The notes beneath the pieces are model-generated. The model saw only the letters and a program-made list of their open reading frames with translations, made no database searches and had not been told where the DNA came from. From Phoronis australis (taxonomy: Eukaryota; Animalia; Phoronida), in assembly GCA_002633005.1 (NCBI GenBank), contig NMRA01000018.1, positions 1,313,531 through 1,377,530 on the forward strand: DNA of 64,000 bases. The letters are read 5' to 3'. The position numbers and the translations under genes are program-made. Shown here piece by piece: positions 37,834 to 52,600 of the stretch. Each line of letters begins with the position of its first letter. The stretch's first letter is position 1.

Positions 37834-40800
37834 ATGTCTTCAAGAAACAGTATGGCAATGAGGAAACATCTTACATTCTTCATTAACAAATGGGGATGTC
37901 AACCCTTGTTAGGAAATGATTGCTTCAACAAAGGATGTGTCAATCACCATCTTCCTCCAGCTACGGGATTGGAGCTGTCGTTGTGTTTGCCTGTTGCTGT
38001 TCCTTCACGTTCTTACGCAAAGTCTGTTTCGCTTGATGAGGTTGTCCCGGTTACGGTATCGGAAATGAAAAAGTTTTTTCTCAGCCACAAGATAAACTAT
38101 GAGCTTGGCCATACTTGCTTGATTACGACATGTCCCAAGTTTACAAAACACAGTCTAAAACTCCCTGAGCTGGACCGACTATATGTAAACAAGACAACAG
38201 GTAATACGGCTTGTTTTTGTTTGGTGCTCAAACCTAGAGATCTGTTGAACAACAAAGTAGAAGCTATGGTAAAATAATCGAAGGAATCATTGGTAGAAAT
38301 GTATCTACAGATAACGTGATTTCTAAAATCTAGAAAGATACAGAATGACTAAAAATAAGTGGTACCCGTGAGTGTGTTGCTAAAGTTGTCGTTAAAATCT
38401 TGTAGTTTTGTAAAAACAAAATATTCTAGATGACCAAAACAAATTTTTTAACATAAAAGCATTTATATTTTCCATAGGTTAAATATCAGTTAGGTTATGT
38501 TAAATAACTACAAAATCTAGTGGTAAGCTATTAGCCGAACTTTGACTAAACATTGGTGGTATTTAGGGGATTTCCGGCTTTTATACCGGCACCCAGCTAG
38601 CGAAAATAGCCTCATCATGTAGAATTATTCTTTTCTTACTTCATTCACTGTGTGCTATGCTAAGTCATAAGTTTTGTGATATAATTACCTTGTCATGTCT
38701 CAATACAGATAGTAACAATTTCTTACAATTACAGGTTATTTTGTGTGTCACAGCTGTGGTCACTCTGGTCAGTGGCAGTCACTTAAGGAAAACATAGAGA
38801 CCATTATGTCCGGTGCTAAACCTGCTCGCGGGTAAGTCACACTAGCTGCATTTTCTAGGCAGATCAGTCATATTCATTCATCCAATACCATCCAAGAGTT
38901 ATTCATGTACTGTGGGTTGTATTATCGACATGAGGAAGTTTGCATAAGTATCCGTGGCTGGGCAGTCTGTTATTCAATAATTTCTTCACTAGCAAAGCTG
39001 CTTAAACTCGCCTTCCATCTAAAAAAGTAACTTTTGATTTAGACGGTTATAAAGTTGGCCTCCGCTTGATAAACAAGCACCTTTTTCTCCAATTCATGCT
39101 CCTTGCAGTTCAGTTTTAGTGAATTTTCAAAGCTTGTTGTAATCCACCAGTGCTTAATCTTGCAGATATCATTTGCTCTGAAGATATTGCTTCGCTGAAG
39201 AAGCAAAATTATGTTTTACTGGAAAGAGTTTTTTTTACAAAAAAAATTGAACTCATGATATGGACTATCCGTTTTGATTAAATTAATGCACGAAAAGGCA
39301 TACCATATTCGCCCTAATAAGCGCCCAGGGCGCTTAGAAAAATTTGTTTCAGGATGGGGGTGCTTATTATGGCCTAAAGCGGTTGAAACCCGGTCTCCGA
39401 AATGGGTAAAATCTCAAGCTAGGATTCATAAAATTTACACTCTGTGACGTATCTGTAACTTACGACAGACTTTCTACAAAATTGTTGTACATTGCTATCA
39501 AACTTCGTTGTTATATTACGATCATTTTACAGAAAATTGTGCTGAAACCCCAGGGCGAAAACTCGCCGACTGATGCATCGCTACCTGGCAGTCGTCGATA
39601 GGGCAACTAGAATTCTTGAATAAAAATACAATTTCAACTCAACAAATTACCTGAATTCCTCTTTAAGTTTTTCAAATAGCATCCCTAAGATTTTTAAGTT
39701 CCTGTGCCAGACTTTTCCCTGCAACACAAGAAAATTTTTGGATGAACACACATGTTGTTGTCACGGGACGTTTGTTTTAAACTTCATCTGCGTGTGTGTG
39801 AGTGAGCAAGGGTGTGCATGTCGTCAGACTTCATTTGCCATAGTAAAGGCAATGTAACGATCTGGGTGTGCATTGTAACTAAAGAAATTAACACAAGCAG
39901 TAAATCAGAACACGTTACATTCAGCACTTGTTGATCTCACCTGCGAAAAACGTTCAAGAATTGTCTCGGTGAGTCGCAGGGTGACTGGATGCATGACAGT
40001 CTAACAGTTATTTTCCGGGAGATTTGGGGGGGTGTAAGGGTGAGGACGTGCTGACTATCGGTGAGTTATTTTGACTTTAAAAACACCAATAATGATTACT
40101 TAAATAATTCCTCTTGAAAATAACGCAAACGTTTTGAGAGATATTAGAAACTTTCTGAAATTATTTCTTGCGGATGCTATGCTACCTGTGTCATGAATGG
40201 ATAGTTCCCGATCACTAATGTCTTCGATGACAGGTATGTAGCGCGGGCATCCTCGCCACGTGCTTTTAACATCGGTCAAGTTTTTATTATACTTTGATTT
40301 GCGGTTTTCACGTGTACAAAGCAATTTTAATTCCTGTTGAGAGAGAAGATACAATACAATCCCTTTGACAAGTATGCTGCGTCTGTTCTGAAAGGCCAGA
40401 CCATTATAGGACATGTTCCTCGCAAGATCAGCAAAACCTATGTGTTTGAAGTCTATAGTCACAGCTAAATAACGACATAGCTGCGAGGTTCGTGGTCTAC
40501 AAATTCCGCGCACAGTGATTTTTTTCAGGACTGTTGGATCTTATTGATAAATTGAAGATGTTACTGTAGAAGTTTAGACCTGTAGGTAAGGCATTTTTCG
40601 CATGTACACGTTCATGGGCTTGGTGCTTATCTTAGCAAAGTCTGAAAACGCGTGGGAGGGCGCTTATAGGGACATGGGCGCTTATTATGGCGAATACACT
40701 AGGTGATTTTACTTCTTGCCTGGATGGAAGTTTGCACCCTTTGCACATGAATTTTGCATACGGGTGCTAATTGACTTTGATATGCAATGGTGTCTTCTAG

Positions 40801-43800
40801 TGCAATCCTAGCAGTGACACTGCTGTGAACTAAGTGAGAAAACAGATACATAAACATGTAAAGCGCAATGCAATACGTCATTCACTTGATAAAACTCCCA
40901 TTCCTACGTCAACATAATCTGAAAGCCTCTGCAGAAGACATTTTCGGACACTTAAGACAGCAGAGCTCAGACCAGTCACATTCAAAATTTGATTGTTTTG
41001 GAAATAGAAATTAACAATGGATCGACCGTCTTATGGAGAATGGTAAAATCTCACCAATTTAGGTCACAATATGAGGGACAACTGAAATTTATTTTTTTCA
41101 TTTTTATACATGATGTCTCGTACAAGAATGATGGTTTCCCTTATGTGAGCTCTGTACTATACATACCAACAGAAAACATTTTGAAAAATTTTGGGGAGTC
41201 GCAGCTCAGTGATGGAAGCCCATGGAAAATGAGATGAGAAAAGCGTACTTTTGGCAATTGCTTTTGTCCAAAATTGATAACGGATTTACCATGATACCTT
41301 GTTTGTTCTCTTCTACAGTCAAGGGTCACAATGTTTCTGTGATCGCGATCAGTCTGGTGACAGTCGCGATGAAGACTACGACAGAGCAATTGAACTCTAC
41401 AAGAATGCTGCTGGGTTCGAGTCTGAAAGCAATGACATCAAGACTAGTGTCAAGGAGAGCTTTGGACTTCAGGTATGTACTTGCCTCATTTTACCATTAG
41501 TATGGTGCAAACCTTTGGACTTCAGGTATGTACTTGTGTCATTTTACCATTAGTATGGTGCCAACGTTTGGACTTCAGGTATGTACTTGTGTCATGTTAG
41601 CATTGGTAAGGTGCTAAGGTTTGGTTTTCAGGTATGCGCTTGTGTTGTTTTACAATTAGTATGGTGCTGACATTATCATGTTTTAACCACAGAAATGTTT
41701 TGTTTTTTACCATGAACTCACACTTGGCTAGTTTCAGTAGTTTGGTTGTGTAAAGATGAATAGTTAGCATCTTGGAATCGTTGAAAGTCATTTCGAGCAC
41801 TACATCTGTGGGTCTGAAATAGTCAACTTCCACATAAGATAAAGTAAATATCTGAAAAGAATTATAGACATGAGCGCGATTCAAACCACACTATAATCGT
41901 AGAAAACGAGGTGTCAACTTGCCTCTTTTCACGACTCGATTTTCAGTGACCGTTGCAACTGAAATCAAAATATTCAACAATTGCCATTGTGTGAAACAGG
42001 CTGTGCCAAGGTAATAATCATGTTACCTAAGGGCTGTTCCAGTAAAATCCGTGTGGGAGGGGGGGGACGGCAGTAGAAATAAAAATTCATGGGTGGTGGT
42101 CTTCAGAAAAAAACTCAAATTATGGGTAGTCGTTCCTTTAGGAAGTGATGCATTAAAAATGGGTGGTATTTTTTGACCTGTTAATGTTGACAGGTTGGTT
42201 TACTTCAGCCCATATTGCCAGTGAACAGAGTGCAATATGTTAGCTAAGCCATTAATCAAGTCATGGGCAACCTGATTTGAGCCACTTGTTTGTCTGCAGT
42301 CCTATTGAATTGAAGTTTTGCAACACTAAACTGGTGTTAACACATATAAGAAAATTGATGATTTTTAAATAAAAAGTATGAAGAGTAAGATAAACAAGTT
42401 CCAATATTCACTTGACATAGAAGTATAAAAGATTTCGTGGAGTCAGTTTGAGATTCATAGATCCTTACAATTGAAAAAATGTTCATTGAAATTATAGACA
42501 CATGGTGAACAGAGACACCTGGTGGCTTCCAAAAGTATTGCTCACAGGCTACTTTAATAAGTTTTTGACAATATTGGACAACACAACTAGTTCTTGTCTG
42601 TCAATCATCTAAGTTCTTAACAGGTCCTCCTGCAGGCAATTTGTTTGCAAGTGTTGGATTTTATATTTTAACCTATTAAAAATAATTAAAAAATTATGGG
42701 TCATTGGTTGGAGAAATAAATGAAAAATATAGGCGGTGGGTACAAAATGAAAGTGCCTTCCCCCCCTCCCATACAGATTTTGCTGGAACAGCCCTAAACA
42801 GAAATCAGTGTGCCTTTCAGATTTCGTGCCAAGAATGAAGTAGAATTTTCTGAATGTTGCATAAAACAAAAATTAAATGTTTCTTTAGAAAACTGTAATA
42901 GCGTTATTGATGTAATCTTGAACCTTTATATGAAACAAAAAGTTGGTCTTACTATGAATACTGATGTTTTGATATTAATATAGCTTTCCTTTTTTGCTAA
43001 ATAGGCATGGTCACATCACCCAAAAATGGCAAATTAGTAAAAGTCAAAATTCGATTCTACAAGCCTTCTACTTATAGAAAATGCATACTTTTGACCGCGT
43101 TAAAATTCTATAGTTTTGTTGGTATATGGCTAAATACACAGAGCGGTCAATATGGTCCTTCATAACCTTCACGCACTTGTTTGCAGAATATTGATGACAA
43201 AGTTCTGGAGAAGTACCAGGTGCGCTACACTGCAGACTCCATACTTTGTCCTGTTATTTGTCCTGACAAGACGATCAACGTCATCAAAGTATTGAGTCAG
43301 TCTTCCCATGACGTGGATGGTGACAAGCCAGCGGTTCAGGAGAAGGTCTTGCCTCGGTATGTCTCTTAATGTATGCGTGGATTTAATTATCTAAAAATAC
43401 AGCCCCAACCTCCCAAATCTTTGTGCTTATAAAATTTGGAATGGTGTGAAGAATTCATTGCACCCATCTGTATGCACATACAGACAGGGTGATGACAGCA
43501 TTCCCATACAGAAGAATTAGGTCAATTCCAGAAGCCATTACACAAAACAAATATGATGAACAAGGCACTTTTTGACCCAAGAGTCAATTGCAAAGACGAA
43601 TGTATTTCCGTGCACACATTGAGGTGATTGTCTGGTAGTCATATGGTACAGTTTAGTACGGTCTATTTATTCTATATATTTTTGGTCTCTGAGTGTTGTC
43701 TAGCAAAAGTATATTTCCGTTGCTACTATGTCTGGAAATGGCTATAGGGGCAGATGGACTATGCAAATTTATGATAATTACCAGAATTTGCTCTGACTTG

Positions 43801-46800
43801 TCAAAGTTTTGATTAAATAGATAAAGCTAATTCCAGTACTAATTGCCTATTTGTAATTTCATGTTTCTTGGAATTCAAGTACGAAGATGAGTTGTTTTTA
43901 CAGAAACTTGAAGCTGTGCTTTAATTGTTCATGGTTTCCTGTAATCATTATTTCAGCAATATATTGCATTCACCAAAATAATCCACATTTTTCCAAATGT
44001 AGTGTACGTGGTATCATTCTTGTACCCATTTCCCAGGCACAGTGCTCAGGGCCTGTTCGGCTGGAACACCATTACCAAGGCTGTGGTCACTCTTGTGCTG
44101 ACCGCCGATGAACTGGACTGCATAGCTGTCAATGGGCACACCAAAGTGATGTCCCTGTCCCTTCCCAAGGGGACCACTTCCTTACCCCAGGAGGTTAGTG
44201 GTTATACTTATGTAATGCCTGCATTACCAAGAATTTACGCTAATGGGCTCCTCGTATATTTTTATAAGGTCATGTGCTTACATTCGGAGCCACTTAAATA
44301 TGTCATCTTTACAAAAACTTATCCCACTCTTCTATTCATAAACTGCTGCTTACTGTAGTGGTATTTGGTCATTATGATAAAAATTCCTGTTAGGCCGTTA
44401 TTATCTGAGTTGTTGTGATAACACAGTCGAGTGTTCAGGCTGTGGTGTTACTGATAGTCATATCATTCCTTCAGTTCACTTGAGTTCAGCTGTCAGAAAG
44501 TTGCGAGTGTTTGCTTCCACCAAATTTCACATGAAAGTGTCACTTTTTAGGCTTAGGTGTGTTATATTTTTTTGCCGTGTGCCCATTTTAACCCTTATCC
44601 TGCTGAACCTCTATTCAGACTACTTTCCCTGTGTGCTGAGCTAAGTAGGTCACCACTACTGCTGTACACTAAGCTGTTGTGGAGGTCACCCAGACTAATG
44701 ACCTAACAATTTTAAATTGGAAATTTGAAGGGGAAATATCAAATTAACAGAAAAGAAGTCAATATAAAACTTGTGCAGAATTTAATGGAGATTTCCACCA
44801 TGTGTAAGTCTTTGTCATAGCCTTGGTGAAAGTAAACTGATCCACTGTCATCCTCTCCCGTATGGCTCCAGCCATGTAATGAAACTATGTGTCTACACTT
44901 ACATAAACCTGCCAATATCTCCCAAACTAGTAATCAAAGCCATATGGTTTAAACTGTAGAGGAAAATGTGAAGTATGGAATGCTCATGGTGGTATATCTA
45001 AACAACATTCCAGAGCTCTTACAATTTCTGAATGAAAATCACAAGTGTCCTGGGGTGAGTGCACTCTCCTAGCGCAGCCCAGCTGTAACTTATTATAGTC
45101 GATTGAGTACACCCAATGCATTGTAATAGCATAATTGGCATGTCAGCTGACCTCGCTTAGCGCAGGATAAGGGTTAATAGGGTGCCAAAAATGTACTTCC
45201 AAAATGATTCTTTGGAATATAAAATATATCATAAGGCTCTTCTACCGTGGTCTACGCAATTTGAAGAAATGTGGTGAGAAATCCAGAGAGAAATGGAATC
45301 ACCTTGGAATCAACGTTGACGGAACATCGTCTCGGAGCTTTCGGTTGTTCTCATCTATTTCTGTGAGCAAAAATGAAAGCGTCCAATCTGCCTGCGAAAC
45401 CTTACCATGAATTGCACTTTGTACCCAGGTTGTTGGTTAAGCACCCAACACTGATTTCCAGCTCAAAACGTTAACTAGAATGTTTAAAATAGTTATTGCT
45501 GTGTGGGATTTCAAAAGGCTTTTCAGTTTTGTGCCTGTCCTCTAAAATCTGCAGAATACTCTAAAGCAGGTTTCGTGGTACACAGGTCTTATCCGTGTTG
45601 TTTTGAACAAATGATAGTTACAAACTTACTATGCATTTCTTTGTTATTTGTGTCCCTTTGAAGTTCTTTGTGGTTACTGTTGTTTTATACCTGTTGTTAA
45701 CTCTGAAAAATCTCAAAATTTACATTCGCGGTAGATCCTGCCCATGCTGGAGCAGTTCAAGAAGATAATACTCTGGTTTGGAAACGATCTCCGTAGTTGG
45801 GAGGCAATGAAGCAGTTTGCACAGAAACTTGGCGGACAGAGATGTTTCTTAGTCAGGTAACCAATGAATTATTTGATTACTTTGCACGAAACACACAGCG
45901 TGTGTTTTTGGTAGGTGTTATTCTAATTTTAACATTCGTCACGTAGTCAAGTGATTCATTAAAAGAGTCCTTAATAAAATTAACTGCAAATTGTATGGAG
46001 CCGTAGTACAGTGTTGTAATGAAAGTATTCTGGTATGAAGTGGCATTAGTAACTCAGTGTTGACGTTGTTGTTACATTATTATTGTTGGTCTCATTGACT
46101 GTTGTAATCCTGTTTTCTATGTGTGGTGGTGCTCGGGTCTTCATTTTTTCTGCAAAAAGGTAGCATAGTTGGTTCTGGTGTACACTGGACTCATTTTAAA
46201 ACCTGGGCCTCACAGCTGGCGTCGGGTGATGTGATTTAAAAAAAGAACGCCACAGTGCTTGACACTTAGCTGAACGCCAACTTTTGTAATGCGACTTTGC
46301 GAAATTCCCAGGTTGCCTAGCGAAAACTGAGGTAGCAAAAACTGAGATCAGAAGTTGACCATCAAAAAGGGGTGTCGTGCTGCTGTCGCGCTCCTCTTCG
46401 AACAATTCTGACTTCTGTCCTGTTGTAATTTTAGCATGTGTTTGATATGTGCTGACTGGTGTGGGTGGCAAATGCACTGATTTCTCGAAATAAGTGAAAC
46501 AATTGTGAACCAAAGGTATTGAATCTAGGAAAAACTTCTTAATGTAAACTTTCGAAATCACTAAAATTTTGAAGAAAATTTCAGGTGAATTATTGTCTGG
46601 CTTTGCTACTCACTGTGCCAACTTCATGGCAACTTAAGATTTTCCCTGGTTGCCAAACACAATTTGAAGTTGCATTGACAAGCTGCAGGTTGCGAATTCG
46701 AGCTCTGGACCAGAACCAATGCAATTTTTCATTCTGGTGCAGCTCTAAAATTTCCCATTGACGTATGTATACTTACTGTGCTGTGTTGCAGATTCGGGTC

Positions 46801-49623
46801 AAATGTCACTCAGTCATTATTTCCTGTCAATATGTCTGTCAAGTTGACAACATGAAAATGTTTATTTCTTTTTCAGCCCCAGTGAGCAAACTCCTAATGC
46901 ACTCGCGGCTGTGAACCAAGGTCTTGATCTGATGAAGATCATCAAGAAGGCGAAACCTTATGGTCACACCTCCATCACGTCATTCCGTGAGCTCAGGCAG
47001 GAAGTTCATAACGAGCTCGTTCACTTTGACCAAATGACCGGTGTCAAGGTACGGGTCATCTTGTTGAAATGATTTTCCTGCTTTCCTCTATGTATTATTT
47101 TCAAGAAATTCAATTGGTAACAACGTCTGACAGATGTACCATATCCATTCAGGGTAATGTCCATGGAATTAGAATTGTGAAATTAAGATTCATTTAGTGG
47201 GCTTTAAGTGGAGCATGAAAATTTTGAATTCAGTAATGGGAAGGGTTTTTGCCCAAAGAATCATTTGTGCCTAATGCCTTGGAAGTGGTGAGGACAAGTA
47301 TTTTTCGCATCAGTGTTAAACGCTTAATAGTATTGAATGTTAATTGTTTGTGGAAGACAAAAACAATACAATGAGAATATTGGCTCAAAGGCAGTGACAG
47401 AGTTACACTGAGAGAAGAAAAGAAGAGATTGTTCTTTTGTTTTGTTTTGCCCAACATATAAGGGTGTCTTTTGGTGTTGCTCAGAGTCTTTTAAATCACA
47501 AGTATGCTCACTCTCAGATAATTTTGTTGTTTCTGTGCTCTTTATCAATCGTCTTATTTCAGTGGAAGCGTTATCCCTACCTCAACAAACTCCTCAAAGG
47601 CCATCGCCGGGGAGAGCTTACGGTGTTTACTGGGCCAACTGGTTCAGGAAAGACAACTTTCATCAGCGACTATTCTCTGGACCTTTGTATGGAGGGTGTG
47701 CGTGTCTTTCTCAGTGCACTCGAATCATGTTGCAGTGTGCATGCGTTGTACTACTTGTTCACATTTTGTATTCCATGCTATGAGTACCAAACAAACAGTA
47801 CTGTTTTTATGTTGGTTTGGTTACAGGGAACTTCTGTTCAAACAAAAGAATGGTTTGTTGTAATGCCATTCGCCTGTAGAGTAACATGCGGATAGGTCTA
47901 AGTTAGCCAATTGAAATTGCCATCCAATAGTTGACTGCTGTTTTATGCCATACTTTAAACACTGTGTGTGTGTGTGTGAGCCAAAAGGTAAAATTAACCT
48001 GCAGGCATCATAAAAGTGATTTTATCGTTTTAAAATAGGAATGCTGATGATGGTTCCTCAACCTTGCAAAAGTGTCTTTTACGCATAATGTTGCACTGTA
48101 TCTGAGTATTTAGGCCAATGCGCCTGTATCTGAAATAACATAATATTTCCACTGTACTGTTTCATACTAGATGGTTCTCAGGCATCTCCAACACGGTAGT
48201 GGTTAGTCAAGCATCAAGTGAAGCTTATCATACTTTACCCATGAAGAGCCATCCCCTGGTGTCTTCTAGACATTATTTTAATATGTGTTTGATAAATCTT
48301 GTCTAAGACTTGTAAAAACGCAGAGATGTTTTTGCATCACTTGAATTGGTTTCAAGGGAATTTTCTATTTTGAAATGAATATCTTTATAAAAATTTTGTT
48401 GCTTTTTAATGTAAAGCTTCAGGTTAGGACAACAAATTTTTTGATAAAATGCTGCTTTTTCACATGAACAGCAAGAATTTTTTAGATACTGTAGTGTAGA
48501 CATGCATGTTTTGTGCTCTATTCTTGTTGTTCCTTTTCCAGGTAAACACACTGTGGGGCAGCTTTGAGATTAATAACGTACGCCTGATGAAAACTATGCT
48601 TCAGCAGTTCTCTGGGTAATTATGATTTTTGGGATTTCAGTAAATATACAGTGTCTAATTTTCATAATTAAAATAGCCTCATGATGAATCTGCATCAGAA
48701 AAATGTTATTTGATTACGATGCTGCACTTTGTTCAGACACATTTTGAGCCATGTTTTAATAGTTGTCGTTTTTTTACTGACTTTCAAGAATTCTCATTTG
48801 AAATCAGCGATGTAGTGGATTGCAATACAATTGTAAGGTTTTACTTTTTGGAAACTAAAACAAGTGTTGTCACAGCACGCCCTCCTTTTTCCGTTGTTAT
48901 AACGAGTTTATGGCCAATGTTGGTGGTGGTGCTATATTTGTGTTTACAAAAGCTAAATTCTTATGATTGGAAATTATGAAGTAATAAGTTTTGTGAGCAC
49001 TTAACATACTGTGTTCAATATTTAGATTAAGAGGCACAACTGAGTTATTTATCACTACAGAGTTGTCAACATCACAAGGTTGGTGCGTTAATATTTTCAT
49101 CCTCTGCTTTGCCAAAGGAACTGTCATCGTTGATTAGTCGGCATTTTAATGTTAACTAATCACCACAGAGTTACCATGGCGATGTGCCATGCACTGCAGT
49201 ATTAACTTCATTTGTAAAATGTGACAAAAACTGGTTACACAAATATTTATTAACAAAGTTTTGGTGGTACTATAAGGTTCGATTGTTGTCTATACGGTTA
49301 CAGAAAAAACCTAGCCAATAACATGGAGGAGTATGATGCCGTCGCTGACAGGTTTGAGCAACTTCCTATGTATTTCATGACGTTCCACGGGCAAGAAAGT
49401 CTGCAAAGAGTCATCGAGGTATTTTGGTGATGTTTTTTGACCATAATTAATTAATTGTGCAATGTTTGTTAAGTTTATGTAGGACCTGTCTTTAGTAAAA
49501 TTTAACTAGAAAATAAAGACATACAGTCGTCATGGGAAATTCTTGAACTTCATATCAATATGTTTATTTTGGTGTGAACTGACACCGTAGAAATCATGTT
49601 GGTTTGCTTCTGGTAAATGAACG

Positions 49624-49680
<57 letters not shown>

Positions 49681-52600
49681 CGATCGATATTGATTGATGG
49701 ATCGATTGATGATTGATTGATTGACTGACCAATTGCTATACACAAAAACATCTAAATGATGACTGTAAATATAAACATGAAAATAAAAGATCTGGTAATA
49801 CATTAGATTCTAGAATGTGTACAAGCAGGACAGCTTCAAAACGTGTCACATTTATTCTTCTGCTTCCCTTATTTGCAAGTTGTTTTTAATGTAACTATTT
49901 TTTTTAACTGCCGCACAAAATGTTGTTGATTTCCACAACATGCTGTTTGGCAGTTCTTGGTGAGCCAACTCGTGGTCATTCTGGTCTTGCCTCCTGGTGA
50001 CTGTAAATCACTCGTTATGAATGGTAAAAACAACTAGATCATGGTTTTCAAGATTAATAAAGAACTCATTTTGTGAGCCATATCACGAGTTCCTTGATTC
50101 GTGTATGCTTAGCTCCAGTCATTAGCAAATGTCATTATAAGCAAAAAACATGAGAACGCAAATATCAGTAGGAATCATGGTATTGGTATCTGTCAGAGTT
50201 TTTCGAATAATCAACATGTCAGTTGTATCTGTTTTTTCAGACCATGTCCCATGCTGTGTATGTTAACGACATCAGTCACGTAATTGTCGACAACCTGCAG
50301 TTCATGATGGGTATCGACATGGACCGAATGTATGCCGACAGGTTTCTGCGACAGGATGTGGTTATATCATCCTTCAGGAAGTTTGCCACAAACATGAATT
50401 GCCACGTCACCATGGTGATTCATCCTCGCAAGGTAGGTTAAGCTGTGAATTGATATACCACAGATATCAAATGTGAAATGTAATTAAACCAAATGATTGC
50501 AGTCATGATTGGGGCATATACTGTCTGTCATGGTTAGGAATGACGGGGAAATTTATCAGAAACTTAACAAGATGGAAACGGTATTGTATAGTTATGGTTT
50601 CACCTGAGTGACAGTTCTTGACAGTTCATTGCCTATCACTTTTGCTGTAAGCGGGATTGGCAGTCATGGCCAGGAAATTATATTTTCCTTGCACATCCAC
50701 TGTGTTCTCCATGACCTGTTTTGACTCGTCGCAGTAACCAGTTTGGATTTTGCCGCGTCGAGTTTGGGGAAAGCGCGTAGAGTTTGGGGAAAGCGCGTCA
50801 AGTTTAAAAATTGCCTCGCCAGGTTTAAAACTTTTCCTGGCTTGGTACTTCAGCCCTCAGCATCTAATCAGAGCCTGATTTTACCAACAGTAAACATACT
50901 TCACTTCACTAAGAGGCAGTTGACAGTACCGTATTCGCAGTAATAAGGCGCCTGGGGCGCTTAGTAAAATTCGTTTCAGGGATGAGGCGCTTATTGAATA
51001 TTGTTACGCAAGAAGGTTGAAACCCAATCTCTAAAACTGGTGAAATCGGAACCTAGGATTCATCAAATTTACTTTACGTGATGTATCTGTAGCCTCTGAC
51101 AGACTTTTTACAAAACGGTGGTACATTGCTTTCAAATTTCTTTGTTAAATTACGATCACTTTACAGAAAATTGTCCTGAAATCCCAGGGCAAAACTCACC
51201 GATGCGCCGCTGCCTTGCGATCGTCGACAGGGCAGCTTGAGTAAAAATATAGTTTCGACTCAACAAATTGCCTGAAATCCTCACTTAAGTTTTCCAAATA
51301 GACGTGTCCCTGAGATTTTAAGTTCTTGTGGAGTCCGTATTAAGAACAATATAGGTTCAAATCTGCGCAAGATTGTATCCAGCAACATGAGAAAAATCTG
51401 GAAGAACACACATGTCGTAGTCACGTGACCTTTGTTATGAAGATCATCTGCATGTGTGAGTGAGCGAGCACGTGCGTGTTATCAGCGTTCATTTGCCGGA
51501 TTAAACACAATGTAGGCCTAACGATTTAGGTGTGCATTGTAATTAAAGAAATAACAAGCAGTATCACGAGAACACGTTTTATTTAGCACTTGCTGATCAC
51601 ATCTACTGTTAAAGCGTGCAAGAATTGTCTCGGTTGGGCCTATAGAGCCTGAATGATACTGAGTCGCCGGGTGACTGGATGTGTGACACTCCGAGTTATT
51701 TTCCGGGAGATTCGGGGGCGAAGGTCTCCACTATCAGTGGAGCATTTTATCAGGTATTTTACTTTAAAAACACCAATTATGAATACATTAAACATACGAT
51801 TAATAAAGCAATCCCTCTTAAAAATAACACTACAGTTTTTATGGTATTAAAAACTTCTAAAATTAGTGTCAATGTTTATTTCGTGCCGATATGCTACCGG
51901 TAGTTTCATGGATAGTTCCCGAAGAGTAATGTCTGCGATGACAAGTGACAGGTATGTAGCACGTGCTTCCTGGCCGCGTGCAAGTTTTTTATTCGTGAGA
52001 CAGTTGTCAGCTGAATGGGCACTTCGAACATTTCACGGTTTTCACGTGTAGGCCCTACAAAGTATCAAAAAGTAGGTTACACCTGACTAGTTCGGTGTAT
52101 ATTTTTTGAAACTTATATAAATACCTCCAGTGGAGATGTTGAGGCTATAGACTAGAGAAAAGACGGTGTTGACTACTGATATTGAAATCTAGAAATTTGC
52201 GTGGAGTTTGGAATTGGTATTGTGGAGAACACTGATCTAGATTAGGAATACCGCTAGCACTTGTTTGTCAAAGCCAGTAATAAAATTTTGAAGAATCTCC
52301 CTCGTTATTTTAAGTTTTATTTGTCTTTCAGGAAAAAGAACATGAAGATTTAACGACGTCATCCATATTTGGAAGTGCCAAGGCATCACAGGAGGCAGAC
52401 AACGTGCTGATTCTTCAGGATAACCGTATGAAGTCTAGTCGTGGCAAGAAATATATTCAGGTAGACTGTCATTGGATAATATGAAGTGAAATAAACTTCT
52501 TAACAGGTTTCCAGTCAGGGTTATCTACTAGGACTGCACACCAGTACTCAAGTACCAGTACATTTTGATAGTAATAGTTCCTTGGTATAGAAGGCACTAG

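Noticed and set aside
49530-49803. ORFs with SINQ repeats
   Set aside because: Translation of the (TTGA)n microsatellite.
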